Assembly: GCA_038244345.1 (NCBI GenBank)
Contig: JBBRTO010000002.1
Coordinates: forward strand, 2,949-66,948
Length of the DNA: 64,000 nucleotides
Origin: Sphingomonadales bacterium
GTDB lineage: Bacteria; Pseudomonadota; Alphaproteobacteria; Sphingomonadales; Sphingomonadaceae
Direction: 5' to 3'
Shown here piece after piece: positions 29,995 to 38,812 of the stretch. Position 1 is the first letter of the stretch. Each line of letters opens with the position of its first letter. The position numbers and the translations under genes are program-made. The notes beneath the pieces are model-generated. The model searched no databases. It saw nothing but the letters and a program-made list of their open reading frames with translations, and had not been told where the DNA came from.

Positions 29995-30014
29995 TGTATT
30001 ACTTAATTAACACG
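29995..30014. promoter_or_regulatory. Imperfect palindrome, candidate GntR/YtrA-type operator
   Basis: TGTATTA-cttaat-TAACACG, 6 nt upstream of DUF5694 ATG in an AT-rich patch. Confidence 0.45.
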
Positions 30015-30063
30015 CATCGTCAAGATCCGTTGCGCGAAGCGGAGCACAGGCTAGGGTCGGCCC

Positions 30064-30822
30064 ATGACCCAATCGAAAATCTGGACCGCTGCTGTGGTGG
30101 TGATCGGCGACGAAATCCTGTCCGGGCGGACGCAGGACAAGAATGTCGCGCAGATCGCCAGCTGGCTCAACATCCAGGGCATCCGTCTGGCCGAAGTCCG
30201 GGTCGTGCCCGATGTCGAATCGGCGATTGTCGAGGCGGTCAACCAGCTCAGGGCACGCAACGATTATCTGTTCACCACCGGTGGGATCGGACCGACCCAC
30301 GACGACATCACGGTCGACTCGATTGCCGCGGCGCTGGGGGTAGGGGTCTTTGTCCACCCCGCGGCGCGCGCGATCCTCGAGCGATATTATGCCGACAAGG
30401 GCGGGGTCAACGACGGGCGGCTGAGGATGGCGCGAGTGCCCGAGGGCGCCGAACTGATCCCCAACCACATGTCGGGGGCGCCGGGCATCCGGATCGGCAA
30501 CCTGTTCGTCATGGCCGGGGTGCCGCACATCACCGCGGGGATGCTCGACGCGCTGACCGGCACGCTCGAGGGCGGCCGGCCCCTGGTGTCGGTGACGATC
30601 GGCGCCTTCGCTCCCGAAAGCGAGGTCGCCGAGCTGCTTCGATTGGCGGAAAAGAGCAACGACGGCGTCTCGATCGGCAGCTATCCGTTCTTCAAGGCGG
30701 GCAAGGTCGGCGGCAATTTCGTCATCCGCTCGGAAGATGAGGTGCTCGCCCGCCGCGTCGCCGACGAACTCGCCCAGTCGCTCGACGCCGCGGGCTATCC
30801 GGTGACCGACGGCGGAATCTGA
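30064..30822 (+). CDS. CinA-like molybdopterin-binding domain protein
   Basis: IGDEILSGRTQDKN, TGGIGPTHDDIT, MAGVP, IGSYPF. Confidence 0.9.
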   Translation: MTQSKIWTAAVVVIGDEILSGRTQDKNVAQIASWLNIQGIRLAEVRVVPDVESAIVEAVNQLRARNDYLFTTGGIGPTHDDITVDSIAAALGVGVFVHPAARAILERYYADKGGVNDGRLRMARVPEGAELIPNHMSGAPGIRIGNLFVMAGVPHITAGMLDALTGTLEGGRPLVSVTIGAFAPESEVAELLRLAEKSNDGVSIGSYPFFKAGKVGGNFVIRSEDEVLARRVADELAQSLDAAGYPVTDGGI

Positions 30823-30900
30823 GCCTGACAACCTCACTTGCCGGTCGATTGATCGAAACATGCTTTATCCGGCCATGATCGCCCGCTAGGCGGACCGGCG

Positions 30901-31614
30901 ATGCGGTTGGCCTTCCTCCAGTCCCCGGCCGACTGGCGGCGCCCCAACGTGCCGCAGCGGCTGCTGGTGATCGCGCTCACCCTGCTCGCCGAATTGCTGT
31001 TCCTGCTGGTGCTGCTCGGCTTCGGACCGTCATCGTGGGAGGCACCGCGCAAGGTATCGCAAGTCACCGACGTGGTCTTCCTGCCCGAGCCGCCAGCGCC
31101 GCACGCCCAAGCGCCGACCCCCTCGGCCAAGACGCCTTCCGCACCGCCCAAGACACACGCCCCCTTCATCCCGCCGACCCCGCTCGCCAAATCGCCTTAT
31201 CTCAAGCTGACCAAGGAGGAGTTCGCTGCCGCCGACATCTCCAAGCTTGGCTCGGCCGGCGGGCATGGCAAGACATCGGGCGCGGGCTCGTCGGCCAGCG
31301 TCGGTGTCGGGCCGGGCGGCGCGACGCTGTATGAGGCCGAGTGGTTTCGCCGACCGAGCGATGCCGAACTCAACGGCTATATGACCAAGAGCGTCGAGCC
31401 GGGATCGTGGGCTGAAGTGGCGTGCAAGACGATTGCCGACAATCGGGTCGAGAATTGCCAGGCACTGGGCGAATCGCCGCCCGGATCGGGGCTCGCCCGC
31501 GCGATCCGGCAGGCCGGGTGGCAGTTCCGAATTCGCCCGCCGCGGGTCGACGGCAAGCCGCTGGTCGGAACCTGGGTCAGGGTGCATATTGATTTTACGG
31601 GCAAGGGAGAGTGA
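30901..31614 (+). CDS. TonB-like protein (TM, Pro-rich linker, TonB-C-like domain)
   Basis: Single TM, Pro/Ala-rich stalk, C..RVENC..LGESPPGSG..WQFRIRPPRVDGKP. Confidence 0.7.
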   Translation: MRLAFLQSPADWRRPNVPQRLLVIALTLLAELLFLLVLLGFGPSSWEAPRKVSQVTDVVFLPEPPAPHAQAPTPSAKTPSAPPKTHAPFIPPTPLAKSPYLKLTKEEFAAADISKLGSAGGHGKTSGAGSSASVGVGPGGATLYEAEWFRRPSDAELNGYMTKSVEPGSWAEVACKTIADNRVENCQALGESPPGSGLARAIRQAGWQFRIRPPRVDGKPLVGTWVRVHIDFTGKGE

Positions 31615-31621
31615 ACGGCTG

Positions 31622-32791
31622 ATGGCGCACGTCCTGCTGGGCTGGGAATTGGGCGCCAATCGCGGGCATGTGGTGCGACTGCAGACGCTTGGCGTCGCGC
31701 TTCGCAATGCCGGCCATGAAGTCAGTTTCGCGGTCCAGCGGATCGACGCGCTGAGCGAGACGGAGGCGGGCGGATCGCCAATGTGGCAAGCGCCACTGAC
31801 CCCGCGGCTGCTCATTACGGGATCGCGCTTCGGCGGCACCGCGACCACCGGCATGGCCGACATTCTCGCCCGGCTGGGGTTTGACGACGGTCGGATCGTC
31901 ACGGCCATGATCACCGGCTGGCACCGGCTGATCGCCGCCATCCGCCCTGACGTCGTGGTCGCCGAATATGCGCCCTTCCTGCTGCTCGCCACACGCGGGC
32001 GCATTCCGTCGATCGCGATCGGCACGGCCTTCAGCCAGCCGCCGACCACCACGCACCAGCTGCCGCAACTGATCGATGGACCGGGCGCGGTCGATCAATT
32101 GGCGTTGCTGGCAACGATCAATCGCGCACTGGCGACGGTCGGCACGCCGCCGCTGGAAGCGCTACCCCGGCTGTTCGATGCCGACGTAATGATTGCCGAC
32201 GGCTTTGCCGAGCTCGATCCTTATGCCGCCAACCGGGAAATCGCGCTGGCCAGCCCCTTGCCAGCCGGCTTCGCCGCCCGTGCGGGGTCGGGGGAGGAAG
32301 TGTTCGTCTACGTGCCCGAGCGGATGGCGACGGATTCGCCCTTGTGGCGCGGGCTTGCCGCATCAGGCCTGCCGATCCGGATCCATCCGCTCAGAGCGCC
32401 CGCGGCCCTGCTCGAGGCACTTGCCGGCCACGGCTTCGCAGTCGAGCCCGTACCGGTCGATTTCACGACCATCGCCGCGCGTTCAAGAATATTGGTGTCG
32501 CATGGCGGGCATGGCTTCGTCTGTGCGGCAATGGCGGCGGGTCTGCCCCAGGTAGTGTGCCATTTCGATCTCGAAAAAATTCTTCATGGCCTGGCGGTGG
32601 CACGGGAAGGGCTGGGGGGCCATGTTGCCCTCGGCAACCTCAACCCCGAGCGGTTCGGCGCCGATCTGGCAGGGCTGTACCGCGACGAGGCACTTGCCCA
32701 GCGGGCTCGGGCAAGGGGCGAGGTGCTGCGCCATCGCGACCAACCCGATGCTCCGACTGACGTGGTCGTTGGGGTCGAAGCGCTGGCATGA
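31622..32791 (+). CDS. GT-B fold glycosyltransferase (GT1/GT28-like)
   Basis: WELGANRGHV N-terminal motif, RPDVVVAEYAP, SHGGHG...AGLPQV nucleotide-sugar motif. Confidence 0.8.
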   Translation: MAHVLLGWELGANRGHVVRLQTLGVALRNAGHEVSFAVQRIDALSETEAGGSPMWQAPLTPRLLITGSRFGGTATTGMADILARLGFDDGRIVTAMITGWHRLIAAIRPDVVVAEYAPFLLLATRGRIPSIAIGTAFSQPPTTTHQLPQLIDGPGAVDQLALLATINRALATVGTPPLEALPRLFDADVMIADGFAELDPYAANREIALASPLPAGFAARAGSGEEVFVYVPERMATDSPLWRGLAASGLPIRIHPLRAPAALLEALAGHGFAVEPVPVDFTTIAARSRILVSHGGHGFVCAAMAAGLPQVVCHFDLEKILHGLAVAREGLGGHVALGNLNPERFGADLAGLYRDEALAQRARARGEVLRHRDQPDAPTDVVVGVEALA

Positions 32792-32865
32792 CCCGGCCGG
32801 GGGCTATTCCAATGCCGCTGGGGACACGATAGGCTTCAAGGCTCCCGAGGGGGCGGGGCCGTCCG

Positions 32866-34785
32866 ATGCCGAGCGAGACCAGTCAACCGACGATCTTCCT
32901 GAGCTACGCGCATGCCGACGCCAAGCGCGCGCAGCAGCTTGCCTCGGCTTTGTCGGCGCGTGGTTACACCGTGTGGTGGGACAATCTGATCGAGGGCGGC
33001 GCGCAATTCGCCAAGTCGATCCGAGTGGCGCTCGAATCCGCCGATGCGGTGGTCGTGTTATGGTCGAAATCCTCAATCGAATCCGACTGGGTGGCCGACG
33101 AAGCCGCGCAAGGCCGCGATCGCAAACGGCTGGTCCCATTGTCACTCGACGGAAGCCAGCCGCCGCTCGGTTTCCGCCAATATCAGACGATCGATCTCGC
33201 CAACTGGCGCGGCAAGGCAGCCGGTCCGCAGCTAGATTCGATCGACCGGGCGATCGGTCAGGCGATCGGCTCCTCGCCCGGAATATTGCGACCGCAATCG
33301 CTAGGCCATGGGGCAGGGGTCGATCGCCGCCAGTCGCTGAAGATCGCCGCCGGCGCGGCCGCGGTGATTGCGGCGGGCGGCGGGATTTACGCTTTTCGCG
33401 ACCGCCTGTTAGGCCCTTCGACAAGCGAACGGACGATCGCCGTGCTGCCGTTCAAGAATCTCAGCGGCGACCAGGCCCAGGCTTACCTGTCCGACGGGCT
33501 GACCGAGGAAATCCGCGCCGCGCTGACCCGCAATTCCGGTCTTCGCGTGCTCGCCGCGACCAGCTCGAACACCGCTCGCGATCATACCGACGGCGCGACC
33601 GCCATTGCCGCCAAGCTCGGGGTTGCCAACCTCCTCGAAGGTTCGGTCCAGCGGGCGGGTGACGCGGTCCGCGTCGCGATCGAGTTGACCGACGGCAAGA
33701 CCGGCTTCTCGATCTGGTCGAAGCGGATCGACGCCAGGCTGACCGACATTTTCACGTTCCAGAGCGATGTCGCTCGAACCGTGTCCAACGCGTTGTCGGT
33801 GCGGATGGCGACCCAGGATCCGGCGCCCGGCGGAACCCGCAACGTCGCCGCCTACGAAGATTATCTGCGCGGCAAGGCACTGTACAATCTGGCCAAGGAC
33901 GAAGCGACCGACCGTCAGGCCCGTGCCTTGTTCGAAAACAGCGTCGCAGCCGATCCCAATTTCGCGCTCGCGCACGCCGCTTTGTCGCGCGTGCTGGCGA
34001 CCATCGCCAGCGCCTATGCGCCGGGACCGGAGATCAAGCCGACCTTTGCCGCGGCGATCGCCGAGGGGCGCAAGGCGGTCGAACTGGCGCCCAACCTTGC
34101 CGACGGACAGGTGGCGCTTGGCTATGCATTGTTCGCCGGGCGGCTCGACGTGAAGAATGCGCGTTCATCCTATGACGCAGCGTATCGCCATGGGCGCGGC
34201 AATGCCGACATCCTGTTGCTCTACGCCTTGTTCATCGTTCGCGCTCGTCGACCGAGGGAAGCGAGCGCGGCGATCGAACGTGCGGTGGCGCTCGATCCGC
34301 TCAACGCGCGGACCAACCGAGCAGCGGGAATGATCGGCTTTGCGGTGCGCGATTATGCCGGTGCGGCGGTCCACTTGCGACGCACGCTCGAGCTTAACCC
34401 GACCATTTCCAACGCCAATGCGTTTCTCGGACTGAGCCTGCTCGAGGGCGGCAAGGCGAGTGAGGCACGCGCGGCGATCCTGCGCGAGCCGAGCGCGATG
34501 TTCCGGTTGACCGCGCTCGCCATCCTCGAAGCCCGCCAGGGCAATCAGGCGGCGGCGCAAAAGGCGTATGACGAACTGGTCAGCAAAGTCGGCGACACCG
34601 CTTTGTACCAGCAGGCCGAAGTGATGGCTCAGTTCCATCGGCCCGACGAGGCGTTGGCGCTGCTCGCCCGGGCCCGCGCCGTCGGCGATTCCGGGCTCAC
34701 GGCCATCGCCAGCGACCCGTTGCTCGACCCGATCGCCAAAGATCCGCGCTTCGTTGCCTTTGTCCGGGAGATCGGTTTCGCCTGA
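32866..34785 (+). CDS. TIR domain - TM - TolB-like - TPR protein
   Basis: IFLSYAHAD, VVVLWSKSSIESDWVADEA (TIR with Glu), TM, IAVLPFKNLS..YLSDGLTEE, multiple TPRs. Confidence 0.9.
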   Translation: MPSETSQPTIFLSYAHADAKRAQQLASALSARGYTVWWDNLIEGGAQFAKSIRVALESADAVVVLWSKSSIESDWVADEAAQGRDRKRLVPLSLDGSQPPLGFRQYQTIDLANWRGKAAGPQLDSIDRAIGQAIGSSPGILRPQSLGHGAGVDRRQSLKIAAGAAAVIAAGGGIYAFRDRLLGPSTSERTIAVLPFKNLSGDQAQAYLSDGLTEEIRAALTRNSGLRVLAATSSNTARDHTDGATAIAAKLGVANLLEGSVQRAGDAVRVAIELTDGKTGFSIWSKRIDARLTDIFTFQSDVARTVSNALSVRMATQDPAPGGTRNVAAYEDYLRGKALYNLAKDEATDRQARALFENSVAADPNFALAHAALSRVLATIASAYAPGPEIKPTFAAAIAEGRKAVELAPNLADGQVALGYALFAGRLDVKNARSSYDAAYRHGRGNADILLLYALFIVRARRPREASAAIERAVALDPLNARTNRAAGMIGFAVRDYAGAAVHLRRTLELNPTISNANAFLGLSLLEGGKASEARAAILREPSAMFRLTALAILEARQGNQAAAQKAYDELVSKVGDTALYQQAEVMAQFHRPDEALALLARARAVGDSGLTAIASDPLLDPIAKDPRFVAFVREIGFA

Positions 34786-34854
34786 GCGGGGCTGTTCGAG
34801 ATGGTGAATCCGTGTCACATTCGCGCGGCTCAAGGTACCGCAGGGAGATAGACG

Positions 34855-35004
34855 ATGATGATCGACGCGCTGGGCTTCGGCCCGAATGACGACGACGACG
34901 ATGCCGAGAACAAGGCCGACGGTGATCGCGGCAGTACCGATGACCGCGGCAGTACCGACGATCGCGGCAGTACCGACGACCGCGGCAGTACCGACGACCG
35001 TTAG
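34855..35004 (+). CDS. 49-aa acidic peptide with 4 tandem DRGSTD repeats (absent from ORF track)
   Basis: GGGAG RBS 7 nt before ATG; MMIDALGFGPNDDDDDAENKADG(DRGSTD)x4DR*; repeat units differ only at synonymous GAT/GAC. Confidence 0.75.
   Translation: MMIDALGFGPNDDDDDAENKADGDRGSTDDRGSTDDRGSTDDRGSTDDR
34924..35001 (+). repeat. 18-bp tandem repeat x4.3
   Basis: GAYCGCGGCAGTACCGAY at 34924, 34942, 34960, 34978 plus GACCGT. Confidence 0.95.
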
Positions 35005-35009
35005 ATTAT

Positions 35010-35861
35010 CTAGCGCATCTCGCTGATCGACGGATCGGTCGCCATCGCGCGGTCGATCCAGTCGCGGAAGTGATCGCGGTCAATGCGCAGATAAACCCCG
35101 GCGCTGTGCTCGCGATAGCAGCCGTGACCCCAGTTCACGACTCCCACCAGCACCGGCTTGTCGACCTCCATCACCAGCGGGCCGCCACTATCGCCGGTGC
35201 AGGTATCGCTGTCGGGCGAGGTGGCGCACAGCTGATACTCGGTCGTCTCGCCGTCATATTCGTCAAACGACGAGCAATCGGCGACGGTCAGATCGACCTG
35301 GGTCAGGTCGGCCTGGAACCCCTTGCCCTTGCCTTCCTCGCCCTGACCCCAGCCGGTGGCATAGACTTTGGTGCCGGCCCCGAGCGGTGCGCCGTCGTAG
35401 AGTTCGATCGGCGTGATTTCGCCGGCATCGGCCTCGTCGGTTTGGTCATCGGCGACATAATGGACCAGCGCGATGTCGTAATAATGGTTTGGCGCGTCAT
35501 AGTCGGCGTGGCGGACCATCCGATCGATCCGATAGGTTGCGCCTTCCTCAAGGTCGATCGTCGCCGCGCCGAGGCGGACCCGGTGGCCATTCTTGATCCG
35601 CTCGGCATTGATGCAATGCGCCGCGGTCAACACCCAGCCGGTGGCGATCAGCGTTCCGCCACATTTATGGGCGAGGTCCCAGCCCTCGCGGTTGGCGAGT
35701 TCAGTCGCGGTCCATTCGGTGTTGCTCGAGTAGATTTGCGCCTGCCACGGGACGTTGGTCTCGGTGCTGTCGTCGGCAGTGGCTGGCGCGGGATCGGCTT
35801 GGGCTGGCGCGGCAGATGACAGCAATAAGGCGAACGGCGCGATCAGCGACAATTTACGCAT
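35010..35861 (-). CDS. Secreted trypsin-like serine protease (S1)
   Basis: Signal peptide; TAAHC, YDIAL, DTCTGDSGGP triad with Asp at the S1-pocket position. Confidence 0.92.
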   Translation of the reverse strand: MRKLSLIAPFALLLSSAAPAQADPAPATADDSTETNVPWQAQIYSSNTEWTATELANREGWDLAHKCGGTLIATGWVLTAAHCINAERIKNGHRVRLGAATIDLEEGATYRIDRMVRHADYDAPNHYYDIALVHYVADDQTDEADAGEITPIELYDGAPLGAGTKVYATGWGQGEEGKGKGFQADLTQVDLTVADCSSFDEYDGETTEYQLCATSPDSDTCTGDSGGPLVMEVDKPVLVGVVNWGHGCYREHSAGVYLRIDRDHFRDWIDRAMATDPSISEMR

Positions 35862-35914
35862 CGAACTTCCCCTTCGCCGCGGAGACTATCCGAATTTGCG
35901 GGATTTGCACTAGA

Positions 35915-37129
35915 TCACTCTTCAGCGCTGCGGCGGGGGATCCGCGACAAAGTGGCGAAGGTCAGCAGGACGAACAGAGCGGCGATGGCAAACGGGGCGC
36001 CGGGCCAGTGGGGATGGCCGGGCGCGGTGAACCAGGCGAGCACCGGATTGTAGATGAGCGGCGCGAACAAGGCGCCGAGCGCCATAACGCTGCCGCTGAT
36101 GCCCTGAAGTTCACCCTGCGCATCGCGCGGCACCCGATGCGACAGCATCGCCGACAGGCTCGGCTGGACCAGCGACTGGATGGCGATCGCGGCGAGGACG
36201 AGCAGCGCGATCGTGCCACTGCCGATCAGCGTAAAGCCGATGAAGCCGAGCATCGCCCCGCCAAGTCCGATCTGCGCGGTGCGCCGTTCGCCGAAGCGCT
36301 TGACCGCGCGGCCGGTGACGAAAACCTGGCACAGCGCCATCATCACCCCGACCAGCGCCAGCGAAACGCCAATCATCCGCGCCGACCAGCCGAAATTGGC
36401 GATCCCGTAATAGGCCCAGATCGACGGGTAGATCATGCTCGCCATTTGCCACAGGAAATAAGCCAGGACGATGATCGGCAGGCCGGGGATCGACCGCACG
36501 ACGGCGATCGCGCCGAGCGGATTGGCTCGCCGCCAGTCGAACGCGCGGCGGCGCTCGGGCGGTAGAGTCTCGGGGAACAGCAACAGGCCGTAGATGAAAT
36601 TAGCGGCGGCGATAACAGCCGCTGCGGCAAACGGAACGCGCGGGCCGAACCCGGCGAGCAGCCCGCCGATCGCCGGGCCGACGATGAAGCCGATCCCGAA
36701 CGCGCCGCCGATATAGCCGAACAATCGAGCGCGCTGGGCCGGCTCGGTGACGTCAGCCAGCGCCGCCGTCGCCGGGCCATAGGTCGCGCCGAACAGGCCG
36801 GCCAGGGCCCGGCCGAGGAAGAACAACGGCAAAGAGTTGGCGAAGCACAGCAACGCGAAATCAATGGCATAGCCGCCGAGCGAACCGAGCAGCACCTTGC
36901 GCCGCCCGAACCGGTCCGAGAGGTTGCCGATGGTCGGCCCGGCGGCGAATTGCACCAGCGCATAGGTCAGCGCCAGCCAGCCGCCGATCCGGGTCGCGCC
37001 CGACAGATCGAGATGGCCGACCCGCATTAGCAGGCCGGGCAGCCCGGGAATGATGATCCCGAAGCCGATCGCATCGATCAGCACGGTGATCAGGATGAAC
37101 GGGACGACGCGGCGGGAAGTGGCTGTCAT
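35915..37129 (-). CDS. TCR/Tet-family MFS transporter
   Basis: DAIGFGIIIP, GNLSDRFGRRKV, GFIVGPAIGG, FPETL; 12 TM. Confidence 0.88.
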   Translation of the reverse strand: MTATSRRVVPFILITVLIDAIGFGIIIPGLPGLLMRVGHLDLSGATRIGGWLALTYALVQFAAGPTIGNLSDRFGRRKVLLGSLGGYAIDFALLCFANSLPLFFLGRALAGLFGATYGPATAALADVTEPAQRARLFGYIGGAFGIGFIVGPAIGGLLAGFGPRVPFAAAAVIAAANFIYGLLLFPETLPPERRRAFDWRRANPLGAIAVVRSIPGLPIIVLAYFLWQMASMIYPSIWAYYGIANFGWSARMIGVSLALVGVMMALCQVFVTGRAVKRFGERRTAQIGLGGAMLGFIGFTLIGSGTIALLVLAAIAIQSLVQPSLSAMLSHRVPRDAQGELQGISGSVMALGALFAPLIYNPVLAWFTAPGHPHWPGAPFAIAALFVLLTFATLSRIPRRSAEE

Positions 37130-37239
37130 GTGCGCTGACTGCTTCGTCGAGGCCGCCCGTTGCTGCGCTCCGGCATTCCAGGTCGCCGCGGCTCCGCCGC
37201 GCGCTCCACCAAAATCTGTCCCCCGGACAGGTTTCTCGG

Positions 37240-37313
37240 TGGAGCGGGTGAAGGGAATCGAACCCTCGTCACTTGCTTGGGAAGCAAAAGCTCTACCATT
37301 GAGCTACACCCGC
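37240..37313 (-). tRNA. tRNA-Gly (anticodon CCC)
   Basis: GCGGGTGTAGCTCAATGGTAGAGC...TTCCCAA...GGTTCGATTCCCTTCACCCGCTCCA, 74 nt with encoded CCA. Confidence 0.97.
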
Positions 37314-37360
37314 GGACCAGCGCGGCGCTCACCTGCCATGCTCGTCGGATGCGGTCAATG

Positions 37361-38692
37361 TCATGCTTCGACCGTCTCCGGATCGAACCGGTCGAGCCCC
37401 GCTGAGCGGCCATGAAGCGCGGCGTCGAGCCGATCGCGATCGAGCCGTCCTTCCCAGCGCGAAACGACGATCGTCGCCACCGCATTGCCGATGAAATTGG
37501 TCAGGCTGCGGCATTCGCTCATGAAGCGGTCGACGCCGAGGATCAGCGCCATGCCCTCAACCGGAACGGTGGGGACAATGGCGAGCGTTGCAGCGAGTGT
37601 GATGAAGCCTGCGCCGGTGACTCCGGCCGCGCCTTTCGACGACAGCATCGCCACCCCGAGCAACGCCGCCTGCTGGCCCCAGCTGAGGTCGATCCCGTAG
37701 GCCTGGGCGATGAACAGCGACGCCAATGTCAGATAGATGTTGGTCCCGTCGAGGTTGAACGAATAGCCCGCCGGGATGACCAGCCCGACCACCGACTTGG
37801 GGCAGCCGGCGTCTTCCATTTTCTCGATCAAGGCGGGAAGCGCGCTCTCGCTCGACGAGGTGCCGAGCACGAGCAGCAATTCGGTTTTGAGGTAGGCGAT
37901 CAGCCGGAAGATCGAGAAGCCGGAAGCGCGCGCGACGAGGCCGAGGATGACCAGCACGAAGAACAGGCTGGTGGCGTAGAATGTGGCGACCAGTCCGGCC
38001 AGGCTGGCAACGGCGCCGAGGCCATATTTGCCGATGGTGAAGGCCATCGCCCCGAACGCGCCGAGCGGGGCGAGGTGCATGACGAGGCCGACCAGCTTGA
38101 ACACCACCCGGGCGAGATCCTCGAACGTGGCGAGCAATTTCTCGCCGGGCTTGCCGACCAGGGTCAGCGCGACCCCGAACAGGATCGCGACCAGCAGGGT
38201 CTGGAGGATGTTGCCCGCGGTCAGCGCCGAAACCAATGTGTCGGGGATCATCTCGAGCAGGAAGCCCGACAAAGTCGTGTCATGCGCCTTGGCAGCATAA
38301 TCGGCGATCTTGGCAGGATCGGGGGCGACCGCACTGACGATCAGCCCGGCGCCGGGCTTGACCGTATTGGCGACAACCAACCCGAGGATCAGGGCGAGGG
38401 TCGAGAAGGTCAGGAAATAGGCCATCGCCTTCAAGGCGACGCGGCCCACCGCGGCGAGATCGCGCAAGCCCGCGATGCCGGTGACGATGGTCAGAAAGAT
38501 GACCGGCGCGATGACCATCTTGACCAATTTGATGAATGCGTCGCCGAGCGGTTTCAGCGCTTCCCCGGTGGCCGGTGCGAAATGGCCGATCGCGATGCCC
38601 AGCGCGATCGCCACCACCACCTGGAGGTAGAGATGGCGGTACCAGGGACGGCGTGGCAGCGGCGGTGTGTCCTGATCGATCGTCACTGCCAT
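37361..38692 (-). CDS. dctA: C4-dicarboxylate:cation symporter
   Basis: [50 protein letters not shown]; own ATG MAVTIDQ. Confidence 0.9.
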   Translation of the reverse strand: MAVTIDQDTPPLPRRPWYRHLYLQVVVAIALGIAIGHFAPATGEALKPLGDAFIKLVKMVIAPVIFLTIVTGIAGLRDLAAVGRVALKAMAYFLTFSTLALILGLVVANTVKPGAGLIVSAVAPDPAKIADYAAKAHDTTLSGFLLEMIPDTLVSALTAGNILQTLLVAILFGVALTLVGKPGEKLLATFEDLARVVFKLVGLVMHLAPLGAFGAMAFTIGKYGLGAVASLAGLVATFYATSLFFVLVILGLVARASGFSIFRLIAYLKTELLLVLGTSSSESALPALIEKMEDAGCPKSVVGLVIPAGYSFNLDGTNIYLTLASLFIAQAYGIDLSWGQQAALLGVAMLSSKGAAGVTGAGFITLAATLAIVPTVPVEGMALILGVDRFMSECRSLTNFIGNAVATIVVSRWEGRLDRDRLDAALHGRSAGLDRFDPETVEA

Positions 38693-38750
38693 GTCTGCCC
38701 CCAAACGCCCGCGAGCGAGTAGAGCAAGCCGAAGCGCGGCGGGCAACATA

Positions 38751-38783
38751 GAAAAGCGGCGCCGCCCCGAGGGACGACGCCGC
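38751..38783 (-). terminator. Rho-independent terminator after TonB-dependent receptor
   Basis: Minus strand GCGGCGTCGTCCC-TC-GGGGCGGCGCCGC-TTTTC. Confidence 0.75.
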
Positions 38784-38812
38784 AGCTCTCGATCCGGCCG
38801 AAGCCGGGCCGG

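Noticed and set aside
34924-35001. CRISPR array
   Set aside because: The 18-bp units are contiguous with no spacers and no cas genes; it is an in-frame coding repeat.
35915-37129. Acquired tetracycline resistance gene
   Set aside because: No adjacent tetR or mobile element; it looks like a chromosomal TCR-family MFS.
37130-37313. Genomic island integrated at tRNA-Gly
   Set aside because: No integrase and no direct repeat of the tRNA 3' end found by eye; only a 9-bp inverted copy.
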